Made by a program: the position numbers and the translations under genes
Source: the human T2T-CHM13v2.0 reference genome, Homo sapiens
DNA: 64,000 nucleotides
Direction: 5' to 3' (one strand)
Assembly (NCBI RefSeq): GCF_009914755.1
Contig: NC_060932.1
Part shown: positions 1-22,451 of the stretch, one piece after another
How the letters are laid out: each line of letters opens with the position of its first letter
How positions within the stretch are numbered: the stretch's first letter is position 1
The notes under the pieces: generated by a model
Databases searched by the model: none
What the model was told of the DNA's origin: nothing
Seen by the model: only the letters and a program-made list of their open reading frames with translations

Positions 1-2
1 GC

Positions 3-149
<147 letters not shown>

Positions 150-502
150 TAGTAGAGACGGGGTTTCACCATGCTGGCCAGGATGGTCTCAATCTTTTGA
201 CCTCATGATCCACCCACCTCAGCCTCCTAAAGTGCTGGGATTACAGGCCTAAGCCACCATGCCCGGCCAAACCTTTTAAGAGTGAAAAAACAAAAACATA
301 AAACTTGAGACTCACCAACCAAATGCAATGTATAGGTTTGCTTATCCCAAATTCAAACCAACTTGGGACAGACATGGTGGCTCACACCTGTACTCCCAGC
401 ATTTTGGGAGGCCCAGGTGGGTGGATCACCTGAGGTCAGGAGTTCGAGACCAGCCTGGCCAATATAGTGAAACCTCATCTCTTCTAAAAATACAAAAAAT
501 TA

Positions 503-763
<261 letters not shown>

Positions 764-1151
764 CTATCATACAGAGAATATTCAGTAATTGTTAATTTTA
801 TTGGGTATAATAGTAGCAATATGGTTACATTATATTTTTCAAAGTTCCTAGCTCCAAAGTGAGAGAATCATATTAACATATATCCAGGTGAAATGCTATT
901 ATGTCCTGGATTTGCTTTAAAATACTCCAAAATATATTCCTAAACTATTTATGCAACTAAAAAGTAAAATTAAAAAATAAATATACATATATACCCAAAG
1001 AATTTACAGACAGTTTATACAAAATATAGTTAAATGTGAATGGAAAACAATGTCTAAGTTTTCCTCCAGAGAACTATGTTTTAGCTTAAGTGTAGGTAAC
1101 TATATTTTCATGTTTAGATTAATATTAATTAAATAATTTATGTTATAGAAT

Positions 1152-1538
1152 CTGCTATGGGCTAAATTGTACACCCCAAAAAAATTCATAAGTTGAAGTC
1201 CTTACTCCCAGTACTTTATAACGTGACTATATTTGGAGACAGGGTCTTCAAAGAGGTAACTGAGTTAAAACGGGTGGGCCCTAATCCATTAGGACTGGTG
1301 TCCTTATAAAAAGGGGAAATTTTGACACACACAATTACAGAGAGAAGGCAGTGTAAAGATACAGGGAGAAAACAGCCATCTATAAGCCAAGGAGAGAGGC
1401 CACAGAAGAAAGAACCCTGCTGACACCTTGATCTTGGACTTCCCAGTCTCCTGAACTGTAAAAAAAAATTAATTTTGGTTGTGGAAGCAAGCGACTTCAT
1501 CTGCAGTATTTTGTTACAGCAGCGCTAGCAAACTAACA
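1152..1538 (+). mobile_element. MaLR LTR (MLT1A/B/C-like)
   Basis: TGCTATGGGCTAAATTGT start, GGGCCCTAATCCA...GGTGTCCTTATAAAAAG core, CTAGCAAACTAACA end. Confidence 0.8.
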
Positions 1539-2216
1539 AAGGATCCATGGCATGATTTTTTTCTATTTATCCTATCTTTACCCTATTCATATGGCAAAGT
1601 ATTTCATTTGCCTAAAAACAGGAATGGAGGCCAGGCCTGGTGGCTCACGCCTGTAATACCAACATTTTGGGAGGCCAAGGCGGGTGAATCACTTGAGGTC
1701 AGGAGTTCGAGACCACCCTGGCCAACATGGTAAAACCCCATCTCTACTAAAAATACAAAAAATTAGCCAGGTGTGGTGGCAGGCACCTGTAATCCCAGCT
1801 ACTCAGGAGGCTGAGGCAGGAGAATTGCTTGAACCCAGGAGGCAGAGGTTGCAGTGAGCCCAGATCGCACCTTGCACTCCAGCCTGGCAAGAGAGCAAGA
1901 CTCCGTCTCAAAAAACAAAAAACAAAAACAAAAACAAAAAAAAACTTCCCACAGAAAGCAGCAGAAAGCTGAAAATGTCAGGCCTTCTGTGCAGCAGGTC
2001 CTAGATACCTCCAGCACAAACAAGGAAAGAGACACATGTTGCCTCTCACCAGAATCCCAATCTGGCAGAAGGCAGCAGTAGAAATACAGCACCATATTGT
2101 CTGCCAAAGTGCTTTTATAAGCATTACCTCATTCAATCCTACACAGAAGGGAGATCCTGCAGAGTGAAAAAGCCCAGAGAACACCTTAGCGTCTACCAGT
2201 CCCACAACTGTAACTA

Positions 2217-2592
<376 letters not shown>

Positions 2593-2991
2593 TTAAGAAG
2601 CCAGGTAGGCAGATCTCTTGAGCTCAGGAGTTCAAGACCAGCCTGAGCAACATGGTGAAACCCCATCTCTACAAAAAAAATAGAAAACTTAGCCACATGT
2701 GGTAGTACACACCTATAGTCTCAGCTACTCAGGAGGCTGCGTTGGGAGGATTTTTTTGAGCCTGGGAGGTAGAAGTTGCAGTGAGCCGAGAACATGCCAC
2801 TGCACTCCAGCCTGGGTGACAAGAGTGAAACTGTCTCAAAAAAAAAAAAAAAAGTTCTGTGGATTTTGAAATGGATGGCTGGTACCTGAATGGGTGCAAA
2901 TTCTATCAGAGCTGATATCTATACTTTTACTATCACTGCCCAATTTTTATTTCAATTTGAAATCAGTGAAGGGGCTGGGAACGGTGGCTCA

Positions 2992-3399
<408 letters not shown>

Positions 3400-3965
3400 T
3401 TAGCCAGGCACCATGGCACATGCCTGTGGTCCCAGCTACTGGAGATGCTGAGGTAGGAGGATTGCCTGAGCCCAGGGAGGTCGAGGCTGCAGTGAGCCGA
3501 GACTGCGCCACTGCTCTCCAGCCTGGGTGACAAAAATGAGATCCTGTCTCAAAAAATAATAAATAAATAAATAGAAATCCATGAATGAAGTTCGGAATAA
3601 CTGACTAAGGGATTACAGGTAGGAGAACTAAGCACACGTTTCAGTTCATTCATCCATACACAGTCCTTGGTCTAGAAGCACATGTCAAGATTTACTTATA
3701 ATATAGATGTCTGTGTTCTACACTTACTACAAGATACAGACTATCTTGTTCTCAGAATAGTCCTTGCTTCTCCAAGAACGCAATCTTTCAAAAGTGATAA
3801 CAATAGGAGATTCTGAGGAAGCCATCCAATTTTGACCCAGGAAGACAGACTGAGCTTTACTTCCTGTTTCTCTACAACCAGGAGCTTACGAGAATCTCAA
3901 ACTCACCTTCTATTTCAATGACTTTGTTTCTGCCTGACACGTCCATTCACTAAACCTCAGTTTCA

Positions 3966-4442
<477 letters not shown>

Positions 4443-4542
4443 TCAGCAAAAAGTGAAATAATTGGAGTTTTGAGAAAATAGGGGGTAGGGGGACATGGCA
4501 AAGGCCCAGCTATCAACACTACACAACCCACATTCTTGGTAC

Positions 4543-4623
4543 CTGGAGTGTGACAAGCAGAAAGACGGTGGCTGTGACGCACAGGCAAGATGCCAAAAGC
4601 TTCCTCCTCTGAATCCGCACCAT
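4543..4623 (-). CDS. FUT10: FUT10 first coding segment (exon 2): [27 protein letters not shown], short basic tail plus signal-anchor; the rest of the gene lies left of the window
   Basis: ATG at 4623-4621 in strong Kozak context (agcATGG); 27 codons then CAG|gtacca donor at 4542; translation matches the recalled FUT10 N-terminus. Confidence 0.95.
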
Positions 4624-4896
4624 GCTGCCCTGCCCTGGGTGACTGACAGAGGGCTAACCTGGTTACCAGGTGTTCTCTCGTCAGCCCAGAGCCCGAGACA
4701 ACTTCACATGGAAGAACCATCTGGGCGCCAATTTCCTGCACTGCCATTCCTGCTGGGACCAGGTCTCCATGAAGGACTGAGATCCGAGGTTGTGAGAGGG
4801 TCTGGCTTGGCATCGAGAGGAAGCAGCATGCAGTCTTCTTAGGCTATCATCAGAGCAGCTGGAGATTTCTCCAAATAAGAAGGAATCAAAAAAATT
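4624..4896 (-). other. FUT10: FUT10 exon 2, 5'UTR portion
   Basis: Minus-strand acceptor atcttttgttgcag| ends at 4897; gives a 354-nt exon 4896-4543. Confidence 0.8.
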
Positions 4897-5047
4897 CTGC
4901 AACAAAAGATCATCTTTTAGCCATAGCGCAGATTTAATAAATATAGTCTTGCAGCAGGGTGATCATGAAAAAACATAGACATTTTAAACTAAAAGGAAAC
5001 ATTGAGATCATGTAGTCCTAGTACCTCACTCATAAGTAAGGAAATCA

Positions 5048-5221
<174 letters not shown>

Positions 5222-5290
5222 TCAGGAGGCTGCAGCAGGAGAATCACTTGAACCTGGGAGGCAGAGGTTGCAGTGAGTAGCCTGGGTAAC

Positions 5291-5530
5291 AGAGAAAGGA
5301 AAGGAAAAGAAAGGAAAGGAAGGGGAGGGAAGGGGAAGGGAGGGGAGAGGAGGGGACAGTGGGGAGGGGAGTGGAGGGGAGGGGGGAAGTGAGGGAAGGG
5401 GGGGAGAGAGGAGGGGAGGGAGTGGAGGGCAGGGGAGGCAGGGAGTGGAGGGCAGGGGAGGCAGAGAGAGGAGGGAAGGGAGTGGAGGGCAGGGGAGGGG
5501 GAGAGAGGAGGGGAGGGGAGGGGAAGGGAA
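5291..5530 (+). repeat. Polypurine G/A-rich low-complexity repeat grown from an Alu tail
   Basis: Almost pure GGGGA/GGAGGG repeats over about 240 nt. Confidence 0.95.
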
Positions 5531-6674
5531 CCAGAGTGGTGAATTGACTTACTCATGGCCACACAGCCCATCAGAGGAGAGTGACAAATCTACAACCAGA
5601 TCCCAAATCTCAAATTCTGCTTCCACTTAATGCTCTCTGCCATCAGAAGACTGAATTCCAAGACTTTTATATGAAGTCATTCCCTTCTAAGTTTCAAAGG
5701 AGTTTAGAAATGGAATAAAAATTACCAGGACTATCCACCCACTCCCATAAAATTTAGGAAGAAAATAAAAGATTCAGGCTTCAATCAAAAATGGATAATC
5801 ATCATGTGGCCCCCAATGCCCACTAAGGAAACCAACTTTTGCCACAGCATAAGGAATTCTGAATATGATTTATTTGTCTTTTACAGCAAGTGAATAAAGC
5901 AGTGGGCTGTTGGAGCAATATTATTCTTTGGAAGTTTCCAAATAAAATTTTCATCTATCTGAAATGAATGATCTTTTCAAAAAAGTTGTAAAAATGAACT
6001 AAATGAGGGCCAGGTACAGTGGCTCATACCTTTAATCACAGCACTTTGGGAGGCCAAGGCAGGAGGATGGCTTGTGCCCAGGAGTTTGAGACCAGCCTGG
6101 GCAACATAGTGAAACCCTGTCTGCATAGAAAATTTTACAAATTAGCTGGGCATGGGGGTGTGCACCTATAGTCCCAGCTACTCAGGAAGCTGAAGCAAGA
6201 GGATTGCTTGAGCCCAGGAGGTCAAGGCTGCAGTAAGCCGTGACTGCACCACTGCACTCTAGCGCAGGCAACAGAGCAAGACCCTATCTCAAAAAAAAAA
6301 AAGGTAAAAAAAAAATGCCCCCATAGAATGCCCTTTATCCCTATGATATTCTATGAACTTCAATGTCCTGGGCAAATGGCACTGTGGAGCTCAGAGTGGA
6401 GGAAGGGTCAACTTTCCAGAGGAAGGGCAATGCTGCTGCACAGTACTTCACAGATCTGAGTCTAAGTCAGACCTACATCATGCCCCTGACATACAGAGTT
6501 AAAGATATAATTAGATATCATTAGTCCTATAAAAATAATATAGAATCCTGGTTAAAAACTTTAGTCTTAAAGGTGTGCTCCCAGGTGGGTGCAGTGGCTC
6601 ACACCTGTAATCCCAGCACTTTGGGAGGCCGAAGCAGGTGGATCACTTAAGGCGAGGAGTTCAAGACCAGCCTA

Positions 6675-6899
<225 letters not shown>

Positions 6900-6908
6900 C
6901 TACCTTGA

Positions 6909-7218
<310 letters not shown>

Positions 7219-8732
7219 TAAATCCAGGAATTTTTTTTTTCCTTCAACCACAAAGTAACACTTGGACTCAGAAATCACCAAAAGTGCATTTTTCTTCTTT
7301 CATCCATGAAATTCCCAAAACCCAGTGACTAAGAGAAGGTCTCAAGTCTGCCTGCCAGGATTCAAATCCCAATTCCCCAGCTGGCTTAACCTCACCTCTC
7401 CATAACTCACTTTCCAAAAGTAGATCCTCATGAGGCCTAATCAGAGTTGTGAGAATTTTATGAGCTATGATTGGTAAAACACTTATTTCAGACCCTGACA
7501 CATAATACCCAATAAATGTATGTTATCCTTATATTTAAATATTATTGTAATTTATTATCCCTTTAGGTGGAAAATGAAGCATATAAAATAGATTGCTACC
7601 CCATCAACTGGAACGTTAAAAGGAAAAATGCTCACTTTGCCAAAGAAAAGGAGATTGCTAATATTTGTTGAGTAACCTATCATTGGCAAGGCCTTTCCTA
7701 AGTACTTAGCACACAGGCAGGCGCTCATTCAATCCTCCCAACAACTCCACTCTCATTTTCAAATATAAGAAAACCGAATCTGAATGAAGTAAAGTAACTT
7801 GACCAAGACTCTAACTTTGACGAGTATTACGATCTGAAGTGCACACATTCCTTTATATTTTTTAGCATTAATACTATAAAATTCCTTGACTGCACACAGT
7901 GGCTCATGCAGGTAATCCCAACAGCTTGGGAGGCCAAGGTGGAAGGACCCACCTAGGCAACACAGTAAGACCCCATCTCTACAAAAAATAAATTAGCCAG
8001 GCATGGCGGTGAGTGTCTGTAGTCCTAGTCCTGGGAGGCTGAGGCAGGAGGATTGCTTCAGCCCAGGAGATTGAGGCTGCAGTGAGCCGTGATTGTGCCA
8101 CTGCACTTAGCTTGGGTGACAGAGCCAGGCCTGGTCTCAAAAAATAAAAAATAATTTTAAAAAAAGAAATACTATAAAATTACCACCAGACAATACCAAC
8201 ACTCACAGGTTACCTGCCTAAACCACAGAAAACATATGTAGTACAGTTGTCAGCTAGTATATCAGAGAAAAAAGGAATACAAATCTATAAGAACCTGTAA
8301 AGTACCTTTGCTCCTACTTAGTAGATGCTTGTAGCTATTAACCACACACAACATGGAGCTAGCACTTTGGGTCCCAATCCTGGTTCTTTTACTTAATATA
8401 AATTTAGACAAGTTACTGAATCTTTCTAAGCCTCAGCTTCTTCATAGTAAATAATAAATGTTAACTATCACTATTTCTTTCCCTTGCATAACAGAAAGAT
8501 TACCAAATTTTCATTTAATGTGCAGAAGCAATTTATTATAGTTATCATTAACGTAACCCAGATTATGTAGTAAAATAATATCACCTACTAAAATGGGAAT
8601 AAAACTATACTGTTTTCAAAAATGTTTAGATATATCACTCTACTCAACCTTATTTATAACCACTTTGAAAAGTAGGCAAGGTAGGTATTATTATTTCCAG
8701 TTCCCAAGGAAGCTGAGCCTTCTCAAGTTTAA

Positions 8733-9072
<340 letters not shown>

Positions 9073-9439
9073 TGATCCACCTGCCTCGGCCTCCCAAAGT
9101 GCTAGGATTACAGGTATGAGCCACTGCACCCGGCCACAGGATCATATTTTTTAAAGACAGAAGTGAGTCTAGATATCAGCTCACTCAACTCAAAGATGTG
9201 TGGAAAGCAGATAAATGAAGGAACATAGTGACAGCTTGTGAAAAGTACAGAAATAATCAGGAATAAAGGAAAACAAAAGATACAATTTGAGGACAGAGTT
9301 TGGGATATTTTTATAGCTACTGCATAGCTCAGGTCTATCATAGGAGCTTTTTGGGACCTTCGCATAGCTTTATGAACTATGACAGAAGAATTTTAAGATT
9401 ATGAATTCCCTTATATTTAAAGAATCTCAACCTAGGCTA

Positions 9440-9934
<495 letters not shown>

Positions 9935-10466
9935 TTAGAGCATACAACCATTATCCAGGCCTCAGGGTACATTTATAACAGTAACAGTCAATCTAATACT
10001 GTATATGGTATTAGTTACCCAGGAGCCTGACATCAAGTCAGCAGTCCTCCAACTGGTGGGACAGGCAGACTTGCAGAGAGCACTATGAAGGACAGCAGGC
10101 TCCAATTCAATAGAATAGACCAAAAGAGAACAGTAAGGGAGAAAGGGACACTGGCAGCCATGTCAATCAAGACTGGTGATTAGGCCGGGCATAGTGGCTC
10201 ACACCTGTAATCTCAGTACTTTGAGAGGCCAAGGCGGGTGGATCACCTGAGGTCAGGAGTTCGAGACCAGCCCGACCAATATGGTGAAGCCCTGTCTCTA
10301 CTAAAAATACAAAAATTAGCCGGGTGTGGTGGCAGACTCCTGTAATCCCAGCTACTCGGGAGGCTGAGGCAGGAAGGATTGCTTGAACCCAGGAGGCAGA
10401 GGTTGCAGTGACCTGAGATCGTACCACTGCACTCCAGCCTGGGCTACAGAGCGAGACTCTGTCTCA

Positions 10467-10667
<201 letters not shown>

Positions 10668-11154
10668 TTAATCAAGGTGTGGCCAGAGCACATTTCTATT
10701 ACAGAACTGAAGGCGATGCCATTCTTAAATTCCAGACACATACTGAAGCACTTAAATTATGAGACTCCAAGACAAAAGCTCTCATTTCATCATTGCCTAC
10801 AGGATGAATCTGAGTCCTGCAAGAGGGTGCCCTAGAATACTCCTTCCTGGGACAGAACAATATGTATATTCAGACATCCACGGCAGGTACCATCTGAAAG
10901 GGACTCTCACTCACCAATCCTCTTACCCCTAGGAGCTGAGCTTCTAAAGTGCATTGCACGGCTGGCATGCAACACCAGGGTTGGCCATCTGCTGCACAGA
11001 GTGGGGTTTGGAGCTAAGTATGACTACCTCATACTCTTGCACGTGCTATGCCATCAAAACCAGCAACACTTTCATCCTAAAATAATTCCAAATTTTCAAC
11101 TGTATTTTGAATTAAGATGGACAGAAGAGGGACTGAATATCTTACAGGTAATTA

Positions 11155-11817
<663 letters not shown>

Positions 11818-12297
11818 TTATCAAATTTAAACTATTCACACTAAAGTGCAATGTATCAAATAGGTTTGACTCTCCCAAGGTGTTTTCACTGGATAACGTA
11901 TAAATCTCCTAATGCCCCTTAAATGGTGACTGTCCTGGCGAAGACATGTGATAGGCTGAGGAGATGCCTAAAGGCCTTTGGACAACTCTTCAGGCACTTT
12001 TAAGTACCTCCTTTCAACTACACCTCAATACTCCTCATTCATTTCTGCCTGATTACTCCAAAGTGCCCAACAACTGGTGTTCTTCCCAGTGGTGACCCTT
12101 TTGCATTCTTCATGCAGCCATAAAGAGATGTCCCTAGAGTGTTGATTGGATATCTCTCCTGATTAAAATCCTTCAATGGCTGCCCAAAGACCTCAAGATA
12201 AAAATAAAACTGTTAGCTTAGAAAACAGGGAGCTCTGGGAAGACTCCTTTGCCCATTTCTGTTCTGGTAATTGGGAGTCAACTGGGTTAATAAGCTA

Positions 12298-12739
<442 letters not shown>

Positions 12740-13081
12740 TCATATTTTGCTGAGCATTTATTTTTATATAAAGCATGCTTTGGATTGTAGATTTCTATGT
12801 GGGAAAGTCATCCTCTTCATACTAGTGCAAATTTCAGGAGAGACCAGTAGAGGACAGTAAGGGAGAAAGGCACACTGGCAGTCATGTGAATCAAGACTGG
12901 TGATTAATGGGGAAAGAGGTGTAGCCAGAACACCTCTGCACTTCTATTGCAGAAATGAAGGCAATGTCATTCCTCAATCCTTAAATTCCAGACACATACT
13001 AAAGTACTTAAATTATGCAGTGTTAATAATACAACCTCACAAGAAAGAGTATTCAGTGGATCTACTTGATGTAGAAACTAA

Positions 13082-13336
<255 letters not shown>

Positions 13337-14621
13337 TAGTAGAGACAGGGTTTCACGATGTTGGTCAGAATGGTCTTAACCTCCTGACCTCGTGATCCAC
13401 CTGCCTTGGCCTCCCAAAGTGCTAGGATTACAGGTGTGAGCCATGGCGCCCGGCAAGAAGCACAGATTTTTAAAATGGAAAGCTTGGTGTCGTGGCTCAT
13501 GCCTGCAATCTCAGCACTTTGAGACGCCGAGGTGGGTGGATCACTTAAGCCCAGGAGTTCAAGACCAGCCTAGGCAACACAGCAAGAACCCATCTCTACA
13601 AAAAAAAAAAAAAAAAAGTTAGCTGGGCATGCTGGTGTGCACCTGTAGTCATAGTCCCAGCTACCAGGAGGCTGAGCAGGAGGATCCCTTGAGCCCTGGA
13701 GGTCAAGGCTGCAGTGAGCTGTGATCGTGCCACTGCACTCCAGCCTGGGTGGCAGAGCTAGACCCTGTCTCAAAAATAAATAAAAATTAAAAGTGGGGTG
13801 ACAGCACAAGACTATGAAGTTTATGTGTCACAGTAAGAACTAAGGCAATTCTTCAAGAGCAGGGATTCTTTTTCATCTTTGTTTTTCCTATGAGGTCTTA
13901 TACTAATAAGTATTAGTAACTATTCTTCCTCCAAGTAGGGCTTATAGGTTACTTTGTGGCAATTTCCCACCCTACAAGATACTCGAATTAAAATCCCTCA
14001 TCTCTAGAAAAAATATAAATTAATAAATATTGAATAACTGCAGACTAGAAAAAACAAATAAAATCCCTGATCTGCTTTTATCATTTATATATTCATGAAT
14101 GAGGAGCTGGTTCAGTAACACTGACAAAATGTAGCTAATATTTCACATGACTAAAGACAAATCCCTGAGGATCTTCTGAGGTTCCATCCCAAAACTAAGC
14201 TCTCTCATCCCATAAATTATATCCAGGAGTAAAAACTCTCCATAAAAGATTAATCAAGAGACAGTAATCCAGACAACTTGAGTCATCACAAAGTAAGATT
14301 TCCGGAAATTTTTTTTTTAATTGTATATAACAGGTTTAGGATTACTTTATCTTCATTTTCCTTGTTGGTAATTCTGTATAATCTTTTGAAAACTCCAATT
14401 TCATTATCAAAGAAAAAAATCTGAAAGACATTTTAAGATAAACTTAACTTCTAAAAATGTTCAAAAACCCATGTTCAGAAACATTGTAACAAATGTTCAC
14501 TGTAGAATGCTGGTAATTGAATTAGATATTGAATATCTACCCGAAATCAACTCTTTACATTCCGAGGTTGGTTTTTTTGTTTTTGTTTTTTGTTGTTGTT
14601 GTTGTTGTTGTTTTGTTTTGA

Positions 14622-14882
<261 letters not shown>

Positions 14883-15989
14883 TGAGCCACCGCGCCCGGC
14901 CGGCCTACATTCCAAAGTTTAAAGCATTTAAATATGGGTTGGAAATATCTGCCTACTGAACAACATTTGTACATATATAAATAACATTGTTTTTCCAAAC
15001 TATATTCTTTTTACTTCCTGAATTTAACCATAGTTTGAAATTTTTCAAAAATATTGTTTGTAAGATAAAACTTGAAAACTTACTTTTTTTTCTTATTGTA
15101 GAAGACAAGCAATAACAACACAGTAAAAGTTGAGATCGTGTTTTTAATTCACTGTTACACACTGCCATCTAGCAGGAAGCGAGCAAGAGTTATTACAGCA
15201 ATTTCGAAATTGGAAGACCTGAATGATCACCTGAGGCTACCCAATCGCCTCTGGCTTCTCCTTACTCAGAAGAAAGTTTTAAAACGGAGACTACGGTGCT
15301 GCTAGATTGGAGGCAGTGAAACTTCAGCGTTCAAAGAGCTGAGCTGCTTATTCAATGCGAGAAAGGCCTCCATTTGAGACTACGGTAGACCAGGGAGAAA
15401 CCCTGCCCTAGTTGTAGTGTGACGTTACTAACAAGCCCAAGATTGGTCGTGAGTTTCCTGGGTGTCTCATTGGAAAGAAAGGTGTACGAAGGGAATAAAG
15501 TCCTGAAAGCCAACTTGCCTTATTCAAAACTGTGGCCAGCCAGAGCTGGATGCATTCCACAAACTAAATTAACAATCCAAGTCATTTCATGCACAAAACA
15601 CTCTAACCAACTATTATTGCAGGGAGCTGCAGCAGGGAGCAGGGGGCAGGCTGTTGGGGCCGTGGTGTTAGAAAAAGTCATTCTGTGTGACATTTGCTTT
15701 ATTTTAAAGAATCATTAAAAGATTCCCAGAAAATGTCATAAAATCACAGAAAAATTACTTCTATAGTTTACAAAAAATGAGCTCTGTTCTGAGGGTACTA
15801 ATCGGGTGCAAAATACCTAACACATGGCTTGCAAATGGGATAACCCAGGCCTGCGGTTGCCGGTGCTTTCCTGGGGCATTTTCTCCATTAAATACGCCGT
15901 ATTCTCTGCAACTAGAAAGTCACAGTTGCTACGACTTCAACACAACATTCCTGCAACAAGTGATTCTCTGGGAAGACCTGGGGGAGAAC

Positions 15990-16790
15990 AAGGCAATTCG
16001 CGCCCCGCAAAGGCAGATTAGGTTCTGGAATGGACGGCCGCGGACCTGGGGAGGAGGCCGATCGGGGCAGGCGGGGAGGCGCCGGGACCCCGCGCTCCTT
16101 CTCCGGGCTCCAGCAGAGGCTCCGGCCCGGCACCCGCCTCCCGCCTGGTGGATCAGGCTTCAATCTCAGGCAGTGGCTCTGCCTTTGCGCCACTAAGTCT
16201 CCAAAACAGACTTGGATTATTTTGCACACACCATTCCGTCTCTTACACGCACCCCCTGCTCGGTACAGAGAGGGAGTTTCCTTAGGCTGTGACTCCCGGA
16301 GGTAGTGTCCCAGCTTCCGTGGGACCAGAAAAGCGTCTTTCCGTGTCTCAGCATCAAGCCCCTACCCCCACCAAGAGACCACAGAGGCCAGATGTGATGC
16401 GGCACTCGCACTCACCTCGCGCGGAGCAGGGTTCGTCCCGCAGAACGCAGCGCAGCTTCCTTTCTCCCTATGAGCCCAAGCCTGGGCGCCGGGAAGACCC
16501 GAAGAGCCGATCAGGAGCGGCGGAGGCGGCCGCGCGGGCGAGCTCGGGGCGCGTTCCGGCGGAGCCAGCCTGGATCCGGGTTTTCACTCGTGCCCTGTTC
16601 ACAAGCTCTTGGGACCCGGGTTCTAAGAACACCGGGCCGCCCCCTGCTGATGATCTTGGTTCGCAGTCCGCCTGAGGCCACGGCCCTATGGAAAGTTCTC
16701 GGGAAGGCTGCGGGGGCCCTCTTCTTTAAGACAGGGGAAACTCTCCGCTTCTCCAACTGGACTAGGACTGGAGCGCATGCAGTCACCTAT
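15990..16790. promoter_or_regulatory. CpG island promoter of FUT10
   Basis: High GC and CpG density; NRF1-like GCGCATGC near 16773; CTCF-like CGCCCCCTGCTGA at 16638-16650. Confidence 0.85.
16416..16500 (-). other. FUT10: FUT10 non-coding exon 1 (start approximate)
   Basis: Consensus donor GAG|gtgagt (plus strand actcacctc, 16410-16418) inside a CpG island. Confidence 0.75.
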
Positions 16791-17142
16791 TCAGGCCAGG
16801 CGTGGCAGCGGCTCACACCTGTAATCCCAGCACTTTGGGAGGCCAAGGCGGGCAGATCGCTTGAGCCCAGGAGTTCGATACCAGCCTGAGCAACATAGCG
16901 GGACCCTGTCTCTACAAAAAATGCAAAAATTAGCAGAGTGTGGTGGCCCATGCCTGTAGTCCCACCTACTGGGAGGCTGAGGTGGGAGGATCTCTTGAGT
17001 CCAGGAGGTAAAGGCTGCAGTTAACCGAGATCAAGCCACTGCACTCCAGCCTGGGCAACAGAGCAAGACTGTCTACAAAAATAAATAAAATAAATTTAAA
17101 AAAAAAGGTCAAAGTCATTTATTCAAGAAAAGATTGTACTGG

Positions 17143-17444
17143 TTGCTATGGTGTGAATGTTTGTACCCTGCCCCAAATTCATATGTGAATTTCGTGCCTT
17201 TATAGTCTATATAAATTTACAAATGTACTGTGTCTTTATGAAAGAGACCAGAGCAAGCTTCTGCCATGTGAGGACACATAGAGGGTCTCTTGTATGAGGC
17301 ACAGACGCTAACAGATGAGGAATCTGCCAGCGTGTTTGTTGATCTTGGACTTCCCATCATCCAGACTGGGAGCAGTGGAGTTCCGTTGTTCATGCATTAC
17401 CCAAACTAAGGTGTGTTGTGATAGTAGCCCAAACGGACTAGACA
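17143..17444 (+). mobile_element. MaLR LTR (MST/MLT1A-like, internally deleted)
   Basis: TGCTATGGTGTGAATGTTTGT start; GATCTTGGACTTCCCA; AACGGACTAGACA end. Confidence 0.7.
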
Positions 17445-17779
17445 CTGGTAAAGGAAAGCTAATTGACTTCAAGCTACTGAGTTCCAAATCCAAAAACTCA
17501 AATAAAATTATTGTGCCCTAGTCTAGGAGGTAATAAACCTAAGGAGGTAATTCAGCATTTTGGGAGGGGTGGGTCTAGGGCAAGGCAAATGAGGTACTTA
17601 GGGCTCAAAATCTGAGGAGGTGCTGACCCTGGGTGTCCTGCAGTGCTGGGTGCACTGCAGAAGCCTGAGAGCGATTTGCTGTTTCGGGCCTGCCTCCCTC
17701 TGGTCCCGACCCTGCGGAGCTCTGGTGCCAAGAAACTCAACTTTTCTATGAAAACAGGTTGATAATAATGGTGTCCACA

Positions 17780-19316
<1,537 letters not shown>

Positions 19317-19459
19317 TCAGGAGGCTGAGGCAAGAGAATCACTTGATCCCGGGATGCGGAGGCTGCAGTGAGCAGAGATCACTGCCGCTGCACTCCAGTC
19401 TGGGTGACAGAGTGAGACTCCATCTCAAAAAAAAAAGAAAGAAAGAAAATTCAAATTCA

Positions 19460-21770
<2,311 letters not shown>

Positions 21771-22205
21771 TAACAACTCTAATTGAATATCTAGTGGGCA
21801 AATGAAAATCAACACGTTCAGGCTGGGCATGGTGGCTCACATCTATAATCCTGGCACTTTCAGAGGTTAAGGCCAGAGGACTGTTTGAGCCCAGGAGTTT
21901 GAGACCAGCCTGGGCCATGAAGCAAGACCCTGTATCTACAGAAAATTTTAAAAATTAACTGGGCCTGGTGCTACCCACCTGTAGTCCCAGCTACTCAGAA
22001 GGCTGAGGCAGGAGGATCCCTTGAGCCCAGGAGTTTGAGGCTGCAGTGAGCTATGACTGTATCCTCCAGCCTGGGAAACAGAACAAGATCCTGTCTTTAA
22101 AAAAATAAAGTGGCCAGGCGCGGTGGCTCATGCCTATAATCCCAGCACTCTGGGAGGCCGAAGTGGGCGGATCACGAGGTCAGGAGATCGAGACCATCCT
22201 GGCTA

Positions 22206-22451
<246 letters not shown>

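Noticed and set aside
4657-4671. Palindrome ACCTGGT-T-ACCAGGT in the FUT10 5'UTR
   Set aside because: Arms are only 7 bp, which is expected by chance
13901-13918. TACTAATA-ag-TATTAGTA inverted repeat
   Set aside because: Short and AT-rich; chance level
15777-16889. Overlapping 65-139-aa ORFs at the FUT10 promoter (and likewise at 28031-29135 and 57665-58739)
   Set aside because: Stop-poor GC-rich CpG-island sequence gives ORFs in all frames; none resembles a known protein
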